Below the pieces are notes generated by a model. It was given only the letters and a program-made list of their open reading frames with translations, had not been told where the DNA came from and did no database searches. Positions 49,634 to 63,200 of a DNA stretch of 64,000 bases are shown piece after piece. The translations under genes were made by a program, and so were the position numbers. This DNA is from Vairimorpha necatrix (lineage: Eukaryota), in the NCBI GenBank assembly GCA_036630325.1, contig CP142730.1:310001-374000 (forward strand), read 5' to 3'. Every line of letters begins with the position of its first letter. Within the stretch, counting starts at the first letter, position 1.

Positions 49634-52600
49634 TTACGGGTACTAAAATAAAAATTTATGTCTTTTTGGTTTTATAACAAGCAATCATATAGTTGGTACT
49701 GATTTGAGCTGAGAATTACTCTTTTTGATCAGTTTATCGTTTACTTTTACTAAATAAAAGTCATTTCTAACACAGTATGTGACATTCCCTCTTCAATGAA
49801 TTTATCGTTGAGCTTGTCCTGTGCTTGCATTGGATTTTGTTGGATATACACTTGTTCTCTAATTTCAAATTTTTCACGTGGAAGTTTTTTAAAATCTTTT
49901 CCGTATTTTGAATCTTTTTTATTCAATTCTTTCAATGTTTTATTATCAGGATCATCCCATGCTTCGTTCGGGGTACAACCTATTGCTCTATTAGATGTAT
50001 TTGTAATTTTATTTTCTACATCATATAAAATTTCTTCTAATGTTTCCTTTTGATTACATTCTATTTTTTTAATGCTTGCCAAATTTTCCTATGTAATCTT
50101 TCTATCCTACCATTAGACTGATGCTCGTCTAAAGAAATTTTATGGTGGTTTATTAACATATTAGACATGATTTCTTTAATAGTTGTAGCTGTAAATTCTT
50201 TTCCATTGTGTAATAATTATCTCTGGAACTCCAATCTCTTGAAACATTTCTGTTATTGCATTTCTACAAACGCTAGCTTTCTTTGATTGAAAGGGTTTCA
50301 TCATACATCTACGTGCAAAGTAATCATAACAAGTCAAAAGTGTCGTATTCTGCTCAATAAACATTAGGTCCATTCCAAATATTTCTAACGGTCAATGTGT
50401 TTCTTCAAATTCTTTACCTCCTAAGCTTTTTTGATCGAATAAAACACATGATTCACAGTTTTTTATATAGCTTGTTATCGATTCTGTCATTTTTGGCCAA
50501 TAATAGTTCTTTTTCAATTCGTAAGTCATGCCACTTATTCCACCATGCGCAGTGCTTACTTCGTGTGCTTTTTATACAATATCTTTTCTTTCAAGAACTT
50601 CGGGAAATATCTAATTTCATTTTTATTTACTTTATAGTACCACTTCCCATCAGAAGCGATTAATACGTTTTTATTTTTAGTTCTAAGTTCTTCAACTCCT
50701 TTGGATCACCAATCCTGCTAATTCCATCGGCATCTATTAGTTCTTTGCCTTTTCGATATTAAATTTCGAAATCGTAATCCTGTAATTTTTCTCTCATTCG
50801 TTCTAGTCGTAGGTTTCCAAAAATGTGTTTATCTTTCATAGATAAAATTGCAGAATGATCTGTTATTACTTTAAACTTTCTTCCTTAAAGAATATAATCA
50901 AAGTGTGTAATACCCAAAGCCATCGCCAGAAATTCCTTTTCTGTAATTCCATATTATTTCTCAGCATCTGTCAGTTTCTTTGATGCTCAATCTACTAATG
51001 CAATTTCGTTATTGTGCTCTTGTTGTAGGCATGCACCGATTCCTGTATTTGATGCGTCGGTGGATAGTATAAAGAGTTTGTTGTAGTCAGGAATATGTCT
51101 AGCAATCTTACTGTTGATTCTTTCTTTAATAATATCAAATGCTTTTTGTTGCTCCTCCTTCCATATAAAGTTATTCTTCTTTTTAAGTAATTCATAAAGC
51201 AGAGCAGATATTGTAGCTAGGTTTAAGATAAATCTTCTGTAATAATTGGCTAATCCTAGAAATCATTGTACTTTATTAACTGTGGTTGGTACTTTAAAAT
51301 CTAATACCTTTTTGATGTTGTTCTATTGGATATTGTTTCTTTCCATCGATCATCATTCCTAATAATTTAATTTTTTTTTTAAATTATAATTTAGTTGGGT
51401 TGACCTCGAAGTTGTTTTTTCAAGTATTGTCAAAACATTAGCTAGGTTATTGTCATGTTCTTCTTCTGTTGTTCCAAAAATTATTATGTCGTCTAAATAG
51501 ACGCAACAAGCAGTTTCAAGGTGGTTTTCTAGTAATCTATCCATTATCATTTGAAACATGCCAGGTGAATTCTTAAAGCCTTGTGGCATCCGTGTGTATT
51601 GGTGTAGTTTATTTTTAAAATAAAATGCGGTTTTATATTTATGTTCAGGTTTTAGGTGTATTTGATAGTAGGCACCTGTCAAATCTATAAATGTAAAAAA
51701 TCTTTTGCCTCGCATGGCATCTACTATGTTTTGAATTACAGGTATTGTATAGTTGTTATCTTCAACTAGGTTATTCAGAAATTGCATATTGTTTGTAATT
51801 CTAACAGTGCCATCTGGTTTCAATACTGGTCTTATGGGATTACACCAAGCTGATGTCGAATATTCTATATATCCTTGTTCTAATAATTTGTTAAGTGTTT
51901 CTTGTGCTCCTTTCATTAGGGCCTGTGGTATATTTATGTATTTTATATTCACTTTCTTACCTATCGGTGTGTTTATCTCACACATTATATCCGTGTATCC
52001 TTTACTTGTCTTTCCATCAAAAACCTTTGGAAATTTTCTTACAAGCTCTGAAAGTTCATTTTCAAGTTTTTTTACTTTATTTAAAGTTGGCCTGCCGATA
52101 ACTATCTCTTCATTGGAATTCTTAAAAGCTCCTACATAACATTACTGAGTAAGTAAAATATCATTTATTTTTAATGTTACCTCTACCTTTTTAGTCAGTT
52201 CTGTTACTACCCCAAACACGTTTTTTATTGTTGTATGTTCACAGGGTAATGCAATAAGTCCTCTTTCTTCTACTTTCTTTTCATTGATAATGTTCACATC
52301 TGATCCTTCATCCATAAAAGCGGAGATATTTGCACTGTTTAGTTTTATCTCAGTTACATTATCACTTTTGTTATTATCCATTGGTTCTTTTACTAATTGA
52401 TTAAATTTTTTCATTTCAGTTTTGTCAGTTTGTTTAATGGGTTCTTTATGTCTTGGCTCTGAAACGCTTTTTCTTCTCATTACTGTCTCTCTATTAGCTC
52501 CTATCTTTTTTACAGATTTCTTAATATATTCCACTTCATCTATATCTTTTAAAATCATTTCTTTCTCTTTGTAAATATTACGTTCAATCAAACATTCTTG

Positions 52601-52739
52601 GATAATCAACATTGAATCTAAGTTAACACATGTATTCTTAATGAGCATTTTAGTATATTCTTGAGGCAAGTTGGCTGCACTTGCCAGGGGAAGAACTCTT
52701 TTTATCCAAGTTGCTTTTGCTAAATTAAATTTTTGTTTT

Positions 52740-53087
52740 TGGCGTGTTTACCAGGGAGCTTGCCAGTAGCAAGGAAGCATATAATGATGCTACGGTTTGG
52801 GAGTCGTGAAACCCGGAGTTAAAAGAGTTGGAGGGAAAGGATTGTTTTTTGTTATGAAAAGAGTTTGGTTTATCTGATTTGTAGAAGGAAGAGTGTTGGT
52901 TTGCATTCTGATGTTGTACCATGTTGTTCATGGAATTTCTCTATTTATATTACATAGTAACCAATAGAAAGAAATAAGATTTGGCTGACCAATAATAGTC
53001 GACCATAACTGATCGTTCCGAAGAAGCATCAGCGTTTTATTATTTATTGGTTTTTATAAATCATGTGGTATGATCCATTATACCACA
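52740..53087 (-). mobile_element. Solo LTR inserted in the gag of element E
   Basis: TSD GTTTT at 52735-52739 and 53088-53092; TGTGGTAT...CA ends; paralog at 8572-8916. Confidence 0.9.
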
Positions 53088-53948
53088 GTTTTGATTTTAA
53101 AATTTTCTCTAAAGCATTCCTTTCCATGTATTTTTAATTTTTCATTTAAATGTTCGCCATGATATTTTTGTATATTTTTCTTTGTTTGTGTACAAGAAAT
53201 AAGCGGCTTCATCGTCAGAAAATAATAAGACGGTGTTTATTTTTTCCTCATCTACAATTTTATTTTTGTCTTTAAAATATATCTCGAACTTCATGCAATC
53301 TACAAGTGCACTTTTTAAACTGAAGATGGGTGCTTCCATCCTTCTATATAAGTTTTCCGTGCCGGGTGCCATGTTGAGAATAGTAGACATAAGGGGCATT
53401 TAATAATAATATTACTATTTATAGCCATCCAACAACTATAACCTGTTTCTTTATTTTTTACACAACAAAACAAAATTAAATTTTTTTTTAAATAGAGTTT
53501 CTGTGTCAACTGCTATTAATAAATGACTATTGGGATATAAAATTAAATGGCAAAGTATGTATAAATAAGCAAGATAAAAAAGTTTGATTTCCAAAATCCA
53601 TATTTGATTTTGTCATAAGCATATGTACTTGCAAAAAAAGCACAGATTTCGATATTTAATGATCTTATGTTTTGATAGTAAATATTTCCTAATGAACAAA
53701 AATTAAAATTTTTTTAAAACACAAAATTTTGAACAATTATTAAAATTTCACAGAATTACTAAATTATACTTTCTTGATTATAAATTGAATTTGATTTAAT
53801 TCTACGTGATTTCACACACATTATATATGCAAAAAAAAATACCTCCTTTGAGTAAATTAACATAAAAAACAAACTCGATAATTTTATATTTCTAGGCTTT
53901 TTTCCTATAATTTTTTTAGTTAATTCATAATTGTTTTTTATCCCTTAA

Positions 53949-55616
53949 ATGGAAAAATTAAAACTTTACAAATTTAGAGAGACCTGCAGTTGTTGTTTTT
54001 TAAATGTGAAAAGTGGAATAAATGTTTGTAAATGTCAAATATCTTTTTGTGATAAACATTTCGACGTACATACAAACAAATCTTCTTGTTCGCTTTTGTA
54101 CAGAGTTCATGATCAAGATACGCTACACATTCAAGCTTCTGATTTAAACAATGAAGAAAAACAAAAAGCTCTTGAAAAACTTAAACTAATTTTAAAATGT
54201 AATAATTATGACGAGAAAGTTATTTTTAAAACAGATGAAGTCGAGTGCCATCATATTCTTCATATAAGTGTACATGACAAGATTCAAATTGATAAACTAA
54301 AAAATTTAAAATGTAACGACTGCGAAGTTACAAAAAATTTATACATTTGTTTTACATGTGGGTTTATAGGATGTGGTAGAGTACAATTTGGCATAGAAGG
54401 CAATGGACATGCCAAACATCATTATAATGTCACTGATCATTGTATTTTTGTATTAATTTCTTCAATAACCCCAGAATATATTTGTGATACTTTTTGTTAC
54501 AAGTGTGACGAGTTTATTGTCAATCCAATTTGTGAAGCGAAAATTGAATGCGTCGAGTTTTTCACGACAGATGCATCAGAGACTGACAAAAAAGTTGTAG
54601 TCGAAGAGTCAGTAAATGAAGATCCAAGTCCATTTTTAGGAATTAAAAATGCTGGAAATACTTGTTTCATTTCTTCATCTCTTCAATTAATAGGATTGAT
54701 AGCTTCTAAAGAAGATTTAGATTTTGAGAAACATTTTGAAATTTGCGAGGAGAATAATCCTCTTAATTGTATTTATTGCCAAGCATGTAAAATTTTCAAT
54801 GAAATGAAAATTAAAAGGAAATCTATGGATTGTAAATCAATTTCCATACCCGACATGCTAGTACTGATTTGGAGAAGATTCCCATTCTTCGAGAAAAATG
54901 TACAAGAAGATGCTAGCGAATTTCTTCTCGCTTTTTTAAATCTTCTAAGCGAGGCCGAGTCAATAGGATTATTTCCAAAAATTAGTCAATTTTTCAAACT
55001 AAAAACAGAAAGTCAAACAAGTTGTAATTCTTGTAAATCATCAAGAGTCAATGAAGAAGAACAGTTTGCTTTATTTCTTCCTTTTAAACAGTCTCTACAA
55101 AGTTGTGTAGAAAATTATTTCAAAGATCATACAGGCGTATGTTCTTGTGGAAATGAACAAATAGTCTCTAATAAAATTCTGTCGCTTCCGAAATATTTAC
55201 TAGTTTCAGTAAAGAAATTTAAATATGAAAATCAAGTATGTACAAAGATTTGTGATAGTTTGTCAGTCGATGAAGTAAATTTAGTGAAATTTATTAAAAG
55301 ACCTTCTATTTCTAATTATTTTATTCAAGAGCTTATTTCTAAAGGATTCAAAGAAGGAGAAATTTTATTAAGCTTGTCTTCTAATGTTGACTTTGATAAT
55401 AAAGAAGAATTAATTAGAGAATATTCCGAATCGTATCGTACTAATCCCGTGTACAATGTACAAGGGTCTATAGTGCACACAGGCACTAGTTTTAATGCTG
55501 GTCATTACATGTGGTTTGTAAAGAACAAGGATGTTTTTTATTTGGTGAATGATAGGAAAATATCCGAAGAAAGAGTTGAGTGGTTTGAACAATCCTATGT
55601 GATTTGTTTGTATTAA
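53949..55616 (+). CDS. UBP14: Ubiquitin carboxyl-terminal hydrolase, Ubp14/USP5 (isopeptidase T)-like
   Basis: zf-UBP (C.TCGFIGCGR...GNGHAKHH), Cys box GIKNAGNTCFISS, QEDASEF, His box HTG...AGHY. CCC motif before the ATG. Confidence 0.9.
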   Translation: MEKLKLYKFRETCSCCFLNVKSGINVCKCQISFCDKHFDVHTNKSSCSLLYRVHDQDTLHIQASDLNNEEKQKALEKLKLILKCNNYDEKVIFKTDEVECHHILHISVHDKIQIDKLKNLKCNDCEVTKNLYICFTCGFIGCGRVQFGIEGNGHAKHHYNVTDHCIFVLISSITPEYICDTFCYKCDEFIVNPICEAKIECVEFFTTDASETDKKVVVEESVNEDPSPFLGIKNAGNTCFISSSLQLIGLIASKEDLDFEKHFEICEENNPLNCIYCQACKIFNEMKIKRKSMDCKSISIPDMLVLIWRRFPFFEKNVQEDASEFLLAFLNLLSEAESIGLFPKISQFFKLKTESQTSCNSCKSSRVNEEEQFALFLPFKQSLQSCVENYFKDHTGVCSCGNEQIVSNKILSLPKYLLVSVKKFKYENQVCTKICDSLSVDEVNLVKFIKRPSISNYFIQELISKGFKEGEILLSLSSNVDFDNKEELIREYSESYRTNPVYNVQGSIVHTGTSFNAGHYMWFVKNKDVFYLVNDRKISEERVEWFEQSYVICLY

Positions 55617-56401
55617 AACATTAGTAAAGCCATGATCACTCTTAAATTGATCGCATTTTAATTTTCATAAATAAAAACAATTTTGTAAATTTAGATAGTG
55701 TTTTTACATAAAAATTTATCATTCTCAGGTGTGTATTGTTTTTTTGTAAACATATAACTTTTATTTATCACTGTAATTTATTTTTTGCTTTGTCTAATTA
55801 TTTTATAAACAAAGTTAATTTCTTATAAAATAGCATTAAAAATAATTTAAGCATAAACAAGAGTTAGAAGAAAAAAAAATATTTTAGCACACAGGTGTAA
55901 GAAGATGTATTTTCTCATGGTCAATTATTCGTAGCTTTATTATATCCCTCCAAGGGCATTTTATCTAGATTTAGATTTATAAGATTAGAATTATACGCCC
56001 AGAACGTACAAGAACTATGTCATTTTTTGACAAAAAAATATTAGATTTTAAAATTTAACTGTTTAATTGAAAACATGTGGTTTTTTATAAAATATTTAAG
56101 AAAACAACATGTCAAACATATTAAATTTTAACAGAAGAATTTAAGCACGTGGTGTACGAAAATAGCATTAAATGGCTCTTTCTCTAAATATTTAAATATG
56201 TTGTACGTGCTGTATATGTTTTCATCATCAATGCTAACATATGTTGATAACTTGCTGCATTACAGTAGTGTCCTCATTTTATATGAAATATACAGTTATC
56301 TTTCTAATTGTAATTTTTTATATTAATAAATGACATTCAAACTTCAAGGGCTCTTTATTTCGCACTAGAAAATTATTCAAATTTTAAGAATTGACCCCCA
56401 A

Positions 56402-57562
56402 ATGTTAGATGAAGTAGAGTTATTTAGAATGAGGAAATTACTGAAAACTCTTAAAGATAGTAGAGGAAATGGAACTTCTATGATTTCTTTAGTAATTCCA
56501 CCCAAAGATCAAATACATAGAATCACAAAAATGCTCACTGATGAATATGGCACTGCTTCTAATATAAAATCCCGAGTAAACAGACTTAGTGTACTTGGGG
56601 CCATTACGAGTGCCCAAAATAAAATTAAAACTTATAAAGAAACGCCGCCCAATGGATTAGGGATATTTGTTGGTACTGTCTTGAATACAGAAAATAAAGA
56701 AAAGAAAATTAGTATAGGAATAGAACCAATAAAGCCAGTAAATACTTCTTTATACATGTGTGATTCTAAATTCCACGTAGATGATTTATTAGCTCTTTTT
56801 GAGGATGAATTTAAATTCGGAGTGGTTGTTATTGATGGACAGACAACACTTTTTGCTACTTTACAGGGTAATGTAAAGACAATATTACAACAAATTCATG
56901 TTGAATTACCAAAAAAACATGGACGAGGTGGTCAATCCTCAGTAAGATTTGCTAGACTACGTGTAGAAAAGAGATTTGCGTATATTAAAAAAGTATCGGA
57001 AATTATTACTAATTTGTATTTGACGAACAATGTGTCAAATGTAGAAGGTCTAATTTTAGCTGGTCAATCAGATCTGAAAAATGAATTAGCTAGAATACTT
57101 GACCCGAGAGTGAAAGTTATAAAAACAGTTGATACAAATTATGGAGGAGAAAGTGGACTAAATCAAGCTATTGAATTATGTGAAGATGTTTTAAAAGATG
57201 TAAAATTATCTAAAGAGAAAAAAATTCTCCAAGAATTTTTTAATGAAATAAATTTGGACACTGGCAAATATTGTTTTACACTCAAAGAGACGATGTATTG
57301 TTTAGAAATGGGCGCTGTAGAAACTCTGATAGTTTGGGAAAATTCAGCCGAGATGAAAGAAGAAGAGACTTTTGTGGACTGGATAGCAGAAAATTATAAA
57401 AATTATGGATGTACATTAGTTTTCGTCAGTGATAAAAGTTCTGAAGGTACGCAATTTGTAGAAGGATTTGGTGGTATTGGTGGAATTTTAAGATATAAAG
57501 TAGAACTTAATGGTTATTGTGATGAAGAATATTTTTCAGATGACGACGATGCGCCTTTTTAA
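56402..57562 (+). CDS. SUP45: Eukaryotic peptide chain release factor 1 (eRF1)
   Basis: GTSMISL, TASNIKSR (NIKS), YMCDSKF, HGRGGQS (GGQ), GFGGIGGILRY. Confidence 0.98.
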   Translation: MLDEVELFRMRKLLKTLKDSRGNGTSMISLVIPPKDQIHRITKMLTDEYGTASNIKSRVNRLSVLGAITSAQNKIKTYKETPPNGLGIFVGTVLNTENKEKKISIGIEPIKPVNTSLYMCDSKFHVDDLLALFEDEFKFGVVVIDGQTTLFATLQGNVKTILQQIHVELPKKHGRGGQSSVRFARLRVEKRFAYIKKVSEIITNLYLTNNVSNVEGLILAGQSDLKNELARILDPRVKVIKTVDTNYGGESGLNQAIELCEDVLKDVKLSKEKKILQEFFNEINLDTGKYCFTLKETMYCLEMGAVETLIVWENSAEMKEEETFVDWIAENYKNYGCTLVFVSDKSSEGTQFVEGFGGIGGILRYKVELNGYCDEEYFSDDDDAPF

Positions 57563-57574
57563 TAAATAGAAACT

Positions 57575-57790
57575 TACTAATATATTAATACAATTATTAT
57601 AATATAAATATAATTCAATTATTATAATATAAATATTAATTAAATATAATATATCAAATTCAATATATATATAATTAAATATAATACTAATATATTCAAA
57701 TCTAATATATATATATATTTAAATTTAATATAAATATTAATTACTAATATTAATGTATATGTCCATATAAAACTAATTATCAATGTTTAT
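57575..57790. repeat. Extremely AT-rich low-complexity spacer between convergent genes
   Basis: Repeated aattattataatataaata-type words. Confidence 0.6.
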
Positions 57791-57794
57791 TAAT

Positions 57795-58912
57795 TTATAA
57801 ATTAGATTTAGCTTCAATTAATTCTTCTCTGACTTTTTCAATATTTGTTTGTAAATTTTTTAAGCTTCTAATTTTTAATAAAATCAAATTTGTCAAACTT
57901 TCCTCTAAGACATTTTCTAATCTCTTGATTTTCTTCGTTTCTAATTCAATAATTTCTAGACTTTTCTTTTTCGCTTCATTTAACATCGTCTTAAGAAGAT
58001 TCTGTGTCTGATTAGAAATTTCTTTAATACAAATTTTCGCCGCACTGGCTGCTACAGAGGGATGAATTACTGAAGATAAAAAGACTAAAATATGTGTAAC
58101 AGGATTAGATGACAACATAAAAGGCATATGAGTAGAAAACCCAATTTTAGAAAGATTATTTTCTAAAATTGGTAACATAATAAAATGATAAATACATTCA
58201 TGTTTAGATTTTGTCTCTACGAAATTTGCTACATTAGTCCAATCATCTCCATATTTTTCTATGGCTTCTAATAATTTTATTTCTTCTCTTTTTGTCCATA
58301 TTTTAGGCTCAATTTCTCTGTCTATAAAAAAAAATCACTGACATTTAAATGTTCAGGAAATTTGCCTTTTCTTAGGCATTTTTCACAGATAAAAAAATTA
58401 TCTTTAGAAAAAAACTGACTTTCTTCTTGACAAATACAGAGATTTTTAGTATCAATAATATTAGGAATAAATTCTTCTTTTTTTGGTTTATTAATAACAT
58501 TTATATTCTTTAATGCTTCTTCACATTCTCCTATGATATCTCTATTATTAATCATTTTAATTTTATCTAAAAAATTGTAAATTTTAAAAACATTTGCAAA
58601 TTTGTGAGATGACAAAATATTTAAAACTGTTTTTAGAGACAAAAAAGTCAAGGATTTTTCATAATTTTCAAGGATAATATTTCTTATTTCTAAATATTTA
58701 GGAATTTGACCAAAATAATTAATTTCATAAGAGCTTATCTCTGTCATATTAAACCATTTGTATTTTAGACCCTGTTTATATTTATATTTTATATCATTTT
58801 TTGTATTAAAAACATAAGTTGGTTTATTTCTAGGGGGGAGAGCATTTTCTCTTTTTTTACCGTAAATTTCTTCAAATTCAATTTTTTCACAAACTGGGTA
58901 AACATTTTCCAT
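57795..58912 (-). CDS. SWI/SNF-RSC subunit Swi3/Rsc8-like (SWIRM + Zn + SANT + coiled coil), split by an apparent 1-nt homopolymer error at ~58330
   Basis: ATG at 58912 after CCC; SWIRM (WF...IS.YE...YLEIRN.I...FL.KIKMIN); after the T9 run a SANT domain WTKREEIKLLEAIEKYGDDW...TKSKHECIYHFIMLPI joins ORF 57795-58178; NPV...LVFL motif. Confidence 0.85.
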
Positions 58913-59276
58913 GAGGGGTAAAAATAAAATAAAAAAAAAGCATAAAAAAATAAAGGACATGAACATGAGAAAAAAAAAATCAATTAGAAGAAAATTTAAA
59001 ATGATAAGACAGAAAATCCACAAAAAGATTATTGTAAAAAAATCATGCAAAAGAAAAGTTTAAATAAAAAAGAACCCCTGTAAAAAATTATTACAAAAAT
59101 AAAAGTAATCATTAAAGATGGTTAAATCTTATAAGCGACACTGGGAAAATATGTGCTAATAAAATAAAAAACAAACTTCATATGTATCAGAATAGTAATA
59201 AGATCAGTCCACATTGTTGGAATGTAAACATGGGTTTATTTATTATAAAATATTTAAAGAACAGCGGGTCAAATGA

Positions 59277-60280
59277 CTAAAAAGAACATTGCCATATTTG
59301 ACATGTGTTGCACTTCCTAAAATATGATCTGAATTCAGGCAGTATAGTTACAAAATACAAAAAAAACAAGAGATTTCTGACAAAAGTGCTACGAGTAAAT
59401 AAATTTAACTTTAAATTCCTATAGAGAACAATTAAGGAGTTTAGAAGAAGATATGGATCATAAATAATCATGTAAGAGAAGAATAACAGAATTTTTATCG
59501 ACAAAAATTGACATATTTAATCCTTTAATAAACTGCTAATTAAGTTAATTATACACAAATAAGGATAATAAATATTGTCTTAGTAAAACTATGCTCAGTA
59601 TTAAGGATGATGTCTACAGTGAAAATCAAAAATCTAACCAAATATTAAGGGCTATGGTGAACTTTATGTAGTGTGTAGGCCACAGACATGCAAAAATCAC
59701 ATAGTTTATAACTGAATAATAATAACTAAACAATTCTTTAAACACAGACGAGAGCTAAAAAATAAGCACTAAACCCAAATATATAAAATTAATTACAAGA
59801 TTCATCTTGTAAACATCTTGTAAACATTTGTAAAGTAAAGCAGAGAAATTAAAAGAAAAATGCAGCAAAATCAAGCTTTTATCTTTGCATAACATAGCTA
59901 AAAAATGCACCAAAGTAACTCCTAAAGAGAGATTTTTTAGTAGTTCTAAAATAATTGATAAGTCTATCGAAAATTGTAGAGTCTCAAGAAGTAAAAGACT
60001 ATAAATAATAGTAAAGTTATGTAATGCAAAAATATTGTTTGTAGGCACAAAAGTATTCTTATCTACCAAGCTGTTAAAGATAATTGTAAGTTAAGGGTCA
60101 AATTTAATAAATACTATTCTCAACAGTATTATTTAAAAATGGGATACGCAGGCAGCCAACGATAAAAAGAGAGGGAATAGTTATTTAAGTATAAGAAAAA
60201 TAATTTGCAGTTCTATAAAATCCAAAAACTCCTACTGCAGCATGATAAAAAATATTCCTTATCGTCTCTGCTAAACATAT
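59277..60280 (-). pseudogene. Possible fragmented membrane-protein gene of unknown function
   Basis: Successive hydrophobic ORF pieces (59755-60069, 59277-59504) with no recognisable motif. Confidence 0.25.
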
Positions 60281-63200
60281 ACAAATTAAGTTTTTTATAG
60301 TATAAAAAAAATATATGTAAAGAACATTAGTACTGTTCAAAAATAAATGCAATTATATGACATATTTTTTAGATAAATAAAAGGAATAATCGCATACACA
60401 AAACAAAAAAAAATATCATACCTATATCTCTTATAAATTATTTTTTGAATATTTGAGATCAGAAATGAAAGCGAGGTCCTAAAAAAAATTTCTTTGTAAT
60501 AATTTAATTTAGTAGCTAATAAACAACTTTACGTATATTTAAGCGAATGCATGTTTTTTCGCAGTTTATTTATATAAAATAAGCACATGATTTTTAATTC
60601 GTAGAATTAGACCCAAAAATAAACTATAACTATTGCGAAAATCTAATATACATTTGGTTATTTTGTAATATAGTGCGATGAGGTCGTCATTCAAAAAAAC
60701 AAGAAGCACAACAAGAAACTAAATTCCGACAAAACGAGGCATAAATCAAGCCCTTTTGAGAAATTTTAATTTTGTATGGCAAAAATTTCTAATTAAAAGA
60801 ATTTAACTGTATATACCAAATCGAAACGACAATTTTAGAGACCAAGATATAAATGCCTAGAAATATTTGGCATCAAAAAGATAGTAGTAAAATTTATTAA
60901 CGCAGATTTCATCTCATGATAAGGGTAGTGCATGTTTCAGTAGATACGAACCGGCTACATATAACTACCTAGTCTTTTTATAAACATATATTTTGTTTAA
61001 CTAAAAAAAAAGCTTAATTGATCTTAAATTAAAATTTTAGATTTAACTTTTGTCATTAAGTGTTAAAAAAAATTTAATCGAATAAACTAAAAAAAGTTTA
61101 CAGATGGCTTTCTTTGAACTTCAATATAAATGCAATATGACAATTTTCTGATTAGAAAAAATCATTATATGAATATGAATGTACAATGAAAGTTTTTTTT
61201 ATTTATATCAAATAAAAACACGACCAAGCATTATAACCAGAACCTTTTAACATTTATTTATCATCTTTGAAGAAAAACCATTTTTTATCCGTAAAAATTC
61301 ATAAACGAAATAAAATTGTTTGTTAAATTTTTCTTTGATTTAATTTTATACTATAAACATCAAAAAATTCTGGTTCTAATGTAGCTATAAACTAGGCATG
61401 TTTTTATTTTAAGTGAAAGTTTCTCATTTAGCTCTATAATTGTATTTTTAAAAAACAAAAAAAGTCAATTCCTTATTTTTGCTTATTTTTTAGTTTCTAA
61501 TACATTTGATTATTTTCTGGGGTTTCATATTTCTTACCCGTATGTATTTTCTCATGAACAATTTTTTTATATATTTCTGCTTTTAAAAACTTGTAAATCC
61601 ACAAAACAACAAGATCAATCTTAAAGGTAACTTAATTTAATTAAATTACAGGCATTTAAGGCAAACGATCATTGAATTGATAGAAATATAATGTTTAATT
61701 AAATACAAATGTTTGTTGCGGCCTTTGTTCTGATAATATTAACATAAGACTTGGCGACATAAAAAAAAATTTAACAACTCGACAAATTTTTTAGTAGAAG
61801 ACAATAATGTAGAAATAAATGTTTACAAGCATTTTATTAACTTTTATCATTCTAAAAATAAAAAATATTCATATTTTAATAAAATAACCTTAGCGCTGAA
61901 TAAATTTTTTTAATGCAATTTGGGCACTAAAAAAATTATTTTTCTTTATACCTCTTAATATATTTTTGGTTATAAACATTAAAGGTGTTCATTTGTGGGA
62001 AAAAATAAAATCTTTTAATATATATGGAAAAAAATTTCTGTCGCAATATCATTAGTGGAAGAATGATATTTTATTTCTAAAAAAATTGTTCTAATTAAGA
62101 ATTTTAATATTTAGTGCAATTCTTTATGATTTTATTATGTACATTTGTTGTTTGCAAATATTCCTTAAAATTTTAACCTTAGTTACATTTAGATTAAACA
62201 TAAGTAAATAGAAAATTTGATTCTTATTCATAAGAATTCACCATAAATACCTCTGTAAGACACCCCCCCCCCTTTATTTTATGACGTTGACTCTTCAGTT
62301 GAAAACTTTTTTTTCATATAAATTTACAAGAGGCTTGTTTTTTATCATTTTTATAAAAAAAATATGTTTTTTTGATTTTTGCATTTATTTTACAAAGTTT
62401 TTTTGAATGTATCAAATCATTTTAATATTTTATTATATGTAATTTAAAAATCATTCGCTTTATTTGAAATTTTTTAATGTATATTGTGTTGATTTTATTG
62501 TTAATAGTTTACTGCATTTTGATTATGTTTAAAATTAGATTAAATTTTAGATCATTAAGGGCCTTTTTGTTCATTTATAATTATTTTTAAAGTGATATAA
62601 CTTTTTTGACGCTATATGCCTAGAGAAATAGACTTGATAAATATTTATGTTAAGACAAGCGGCGAATATCCTTGTATATTTAGAAGCCATTATAATTAGA
62701 TACGATGTATATAATAGCTCTAAAATGTTTCTAAAACTTTATTTCTCATAAAAATATTCTCTCTTTTTATCATTTATTGAAAAATCCGCTTTTCAGTTCC
62801 TCAATGAAATGTATAACTTAAATAATAATATGAAGAAAAGCGTCAAATAAAGGCTGTGATACGCAAAATCAGTATGTTTTAACTCTTGCCTGAAAGCTAA
62901 CAACTTCAACATTTCTTTATATATTTTGTTATAATTAAGTTTCCTTACTGTTTTTATTATGTATCCATAAAATACAAGAACGCACTGTTATATATTACTA
63001 ATTTAAATCTATGCATTATATAGTATGATTTTTCTGGATTTTATTCCAAAATTAATCTAATTTCGCACATGCAAAGTAAGATTAAATTTTCTCTATTTAT
63101 AGTTTGTTTACAATTTTTATAGTTTATGTCCATACATTGTCTAAAACTTTTAAACTTATTAGGACATCTACTATTCTATTCATCATATATCTCCTTGATT

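Larger units (their letters stand above)
49004..53434 (-). mobile_element. Ty3/Gypsy element E with 63-64-bp LTRs and an extra 3' gag-like gene
   Basis: LTRs at 53372-53434 and 49004-49067; PBS tggcacccggcacgg; PPT gggggcggga; protease FMDEGSD; RT YLDD (51359-51985); RH and IN to ~49690. TSD not matched. Confidence 0.88.

Noticed and set aside
58322-58342. Tiny spliceosomal intron explaining the Swi3 frameshift
   Set aside because: The 21-nt GT-AG option does not restore the frame; the 17-nt option is implausibly short and deletes the SDF motif.
58913-59050. Hydrophobic N-terminal extension of the Swi3-like ORF
   Set aside because: This is T-rich promoter sequence; the CCC motif marks 58912 as the likely start.
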